Assembly: GCA_045837725.1 (NCBI GenBank)
Contig: JBEWZL010000216.1
Location: 372,001 to 436,000 of the forward strand
Length of the DNA stretch: 64,000 nt
Source: Vermamoeba vermiformis
Lineage: Eukaryota
Direction of reading: 5' to 3'
Shown: positions 60,806 to 64,000 of the stretch, one piece after another
How positions within the stretch are numbered: the first letter of the stretch is position 1
How the letters are laid out: each line of letters opens with the position of its first letter
Notes under the pieces: model-generated
The model's input: only the letters and a program-made list of their open reading frames with translations
The model's database searches: none
Told to the model about the DNA's origin: nothing
Translations under genes and position numbers: made by a program

Positions 60806-61421
60806 TAGTGATCAGCGACTAGAATAAGATAGTCATAGCAACAATACCCTTATTTATTAATATAATCATAGTACCATCGCGTAATAATCCATAACAGACA
60901 ATAATAATCAACAACGAAAATCAATTGTGGGCTTAATTGGCTCGCAAATTTTGTATATTAAGTGACGAGAAGCTGCATAATACCGGTTGTATGCTATTAA
61001 TACGACGGGCATATTATTGGTCGTCGTAGTAGTTGTACAGTTCAGCTGGTCACATCTGGATCTAACGCTCTTTCTGATCCAATCAATTGTAGATACGCGG
61101 CATTGTTTTTGTTGTTTTATAATCGTATATGTTATGCTTGTATAATAAATTCTTAGTTTTAATATACCAAGTTTGAATACTTGTTTCGCGATCTAAGTCA
61201 ATCGGCCTACAAAATGCTTTTATTCGGATCACATGCCTCGTCCAGTATCGTTCATACTTAATTGTATCCTTTTCTTGGCCAAAATATCCGTTTGGTCAAC
61301 TCTTGGTGCTTTCCCAAAAATACACGCGCTAGGAATCATAAGAAGTTTCGACGAGAAATGATATTTATTCAAAGCAAAGGCGGAATACCACAAATCTACC
61401 TTAATATACCATTAATATATA

Positions 61422-64000
61422 ATGCAACCGGTTGCACTCAGAGCGCCGCGGGTGGATGTCCCGACGTGTAAGTAAATTGAATCGTGCCAGCTTATATTTC
61501 GAGAGCACTTCTGATAAAAATTATAGAAAAATATTAGCTAATTCAATGCACGTCTAATTTCGCATTTTTAACGCAGTCTGTTGAGTTTGAATACTTTCCG
61601 AAAATTGGAGTTGCATCTCTTCTTTTTGCTTACTAACTTGCAATAATAGATTCTCTGGAATGGAGCGAGAATATTAAAAATATTAACTACGTACCAGAAG
61701 CTAGACATAGGTAAGCAAAAGTTGTTTCTCAAGTTTCCTTTATTTTGAGGAACCAATTTATCATCTTTTGCTCACATATATGCATTATTTCATATTTTTA
61801 TCTGCTCGATTTTGTTATACTAGTGGAATTCCAAGCCATTACAGTTGTCAGAAAATTAATAATTTTTTTCTTAGTCATGGCGCGTGTGTCATAGCGAACA
61901 AGATGTATGCATTCGCAGGACATCATTCGAATGAAATGAGCTTGTCAAATACAATCTGCTTAGATCTAGGTACGTCCGTTCGCAAATCAATTAATATTCT
62001 TTTCATCGGGTTAATGTCATGCCTTAGAGCTGATGGTCTGGACTGAAATCAAGAGTGCGGTGGCTAGTCCTCGCAAGGGCGTGCCACTGACGAGTTGGAG
62101 CAACAGATTGTATTCATATGGAGGCTGGTGCATGGGTCCTAACATGAGCGCGATCTATTCAAATGAACTGTTGACACTCAACTTGGACATGCCTCATCCG
62201 AACAACAATTTGTTGAATAGTAATTTGAGCAATCTCAGTCCCATGAACTCGAACAGATTTGACGCTGTGCCGCAGTGGTTCACGACACGCACGACAGGCA
62301 CACCTCCTTCAGCACGCTGGGGCCACACATTGACAGCTGTCGGCAATCAACTCTATTTGTTCGGTGGCTGTGTGGACAAGGGTCCTACGAATGAATTTTA
62401 CGCGTATGATATTAGTAAGTGGTCTCGATTATTATTATTATTCAAATCTAACCGTGCGATCAGCTTCAAATATGTGGAATACAGTTCACGTGCGAGGACC
62501 GAGTCCCAATCCTCGTTACAATCATTCAGCCATTGCTTATGACCACTATCTCGTTATATTCGGTGGTGTAGCTATTTTCGACGATAAGAATGTGGCGTAC
62601 TATAATGACGTGTGGATATTTGACACGAGTAAGTGACTGTTGGTAAATTGTGAAAATTAACAGATAAGTAACAAAATGTTGCAGAAACAAGTGAATGGTG
62701 GAATGCACGCGTGAATGGCAGTCCTCCGTCACAGCGCTGTGGTCACTCAATGACTACTCTCGACCTCTCCACTGTCAATTGTAATCTTCCCGCGAACAAC
62801 GTCTCACTCATCATCTTCGGTGGTTTTGAACGAACAAATATTTGCAATGATCTTCACATTATGATTCTCGGTATGTCAAGCAAGTGTCGAACTATGCAGT
62901 ACTAATGCTGTATTAGACCTGAATAGCAAAGAAGTCAAGTGGTTGCCTGGCGAAATATCCCCGCACGCTGTGGGCATGAAGTTCTATCGCGCAGACAATT
63001 TTCAGATAATACTGCGCGAGGATTGGAAGACACCCACACCCCGATATGGCCACACGATGTGCACGTATCAGGTAAGTTCAACATTCATTGCTGATTTAGA
63101 GCGACACTAACGACCTCAGAACAAAATGATCTTGTTTGGCGGCGGTGACAACGCGCAGTCTCTGTTCGACACCAAAGTGCTGACACTGAGTACGTACTAG
63201 TTCCATTGGCACGTGACCACGTCGCTTATGCACTTGTATTTAGAACGCTCTCGTTCTCCCAAACTAATCATTCACCCGATAGCTACATTCAATCCCGTAG
63301 TCAACAATAACAATGCCAATCCTTTGATTAACAAAATACCTGGCGTGCCTCAATGGTCCCCACCACCCATTAAGAAGTCCAATTCATTGCCCGAGTCATT
63401 GGATCCTGAAGAAGACATCGCCTTGCATCAGCGTGTCGTGTCCTTGGCTGCTTCACTGCCAGCGCAAATTCAACCACCTGCAGCCAGCAATGCAGATAAG
63501 CCTCGTGTGCAAGTGGTTGACAAGCCCAATGTTTTCGATGGCATTCAATTCCACGACCTCGGCGAAGACCGTCCGGTGAACAACAATAACAACCTTAGAG
63601 AGCCCATGGAGATCGACAGAAATCCATTGGCGCAATCACTGGTAGCTTCCAAGCACCCTGAGCTGTATCGCGACTTGAACACGCTGCTCAGTGATTTCCA
63701 AACGAGACTGGTCAATTCATTGGACCGTCAATTGTTGGAGAAGTCAGCGGTGGAACAAGACAACACGGCTGAACGTCTAAAAGAGCTTGAAATGTCCTTG
63801 AGCGAGAGCGAGCTCGTGAAGAAACAGTTGTTGACCGAGAAGGTCGAGTGGCACGAGTCACTGCAAATGGCACAAAAAGCGCGTGATGAGCTCGAGCAGA
63901 GCGCGAAACAGTTGTCCGAAGAGCGCGAAATACTGAACGAGAAATGCAAGCAACTCGAGTTCGAGAAGTCACAACTGGAGGAACAAGTCAAAAATGCTAT
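61422..64000 (+). CDS. Kelch-repeat protein with C-terminal coiled coil (3' truncated; start tentative)
   Basis: PSARWGHTL..LYLFGG, PRYNHSA..VIFGG, PSQRCGHSM..IIFGG, PRYGHTM..ILFGG; coiled-coil frame open to window end. Confidence 0.82.

Noticed and set aside
1-64000. Prokaryotic operon, prophage or defence-island interpretation
   Set aside because: Spliceosomal introns and core eukaryotic genes (proteasome, SNARE, TFIIH, SUMO E1) throughout

Overview
Gene-dense, intron-rich eukaryotic DNA with short GT-AG introns, CTRAC/CTAAT branch points and AT-rich intergenic tracts. It is most consistent with a free-living protist, probably an amoebozoan given the countin-like, ELMO and WASP-type genes; the taxon is an inference. 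About 37 protein-coding genes can be reconstructed, many as head-to-head pairs 70-350 bp apart. CDS coordinates are genomic spans including introns, with exons assembled by eye. Main observations: (1) the palindrome family TGACA[C/G][G/C]TGTCA and (T)CACGTG(A) is heavily iterated in exons, introns and splice sites and appears to shape protein sequence; (2) a five-exon selenoprotein K gene absent from the ORF track, with an in-frame UGA and a SECIS element; (3) a WASP-family protein with SH3+C2 in place of WH1; (4) a Rab-like GTPase with a myristoylation-type N-terminus, no prenylation cysteine and Q-to-R at the catalytic position; (5) a bacterial-type GH71 alpha-1,3-glucanase with introns and a GPI-like tail; (6) a 1037-bp TIR element with an 8-bp target-site duplication in a bidirectional promoter, and a separate long degenerate inverted repeat. 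No rRNA, tRNA or CRISPR was recognised.
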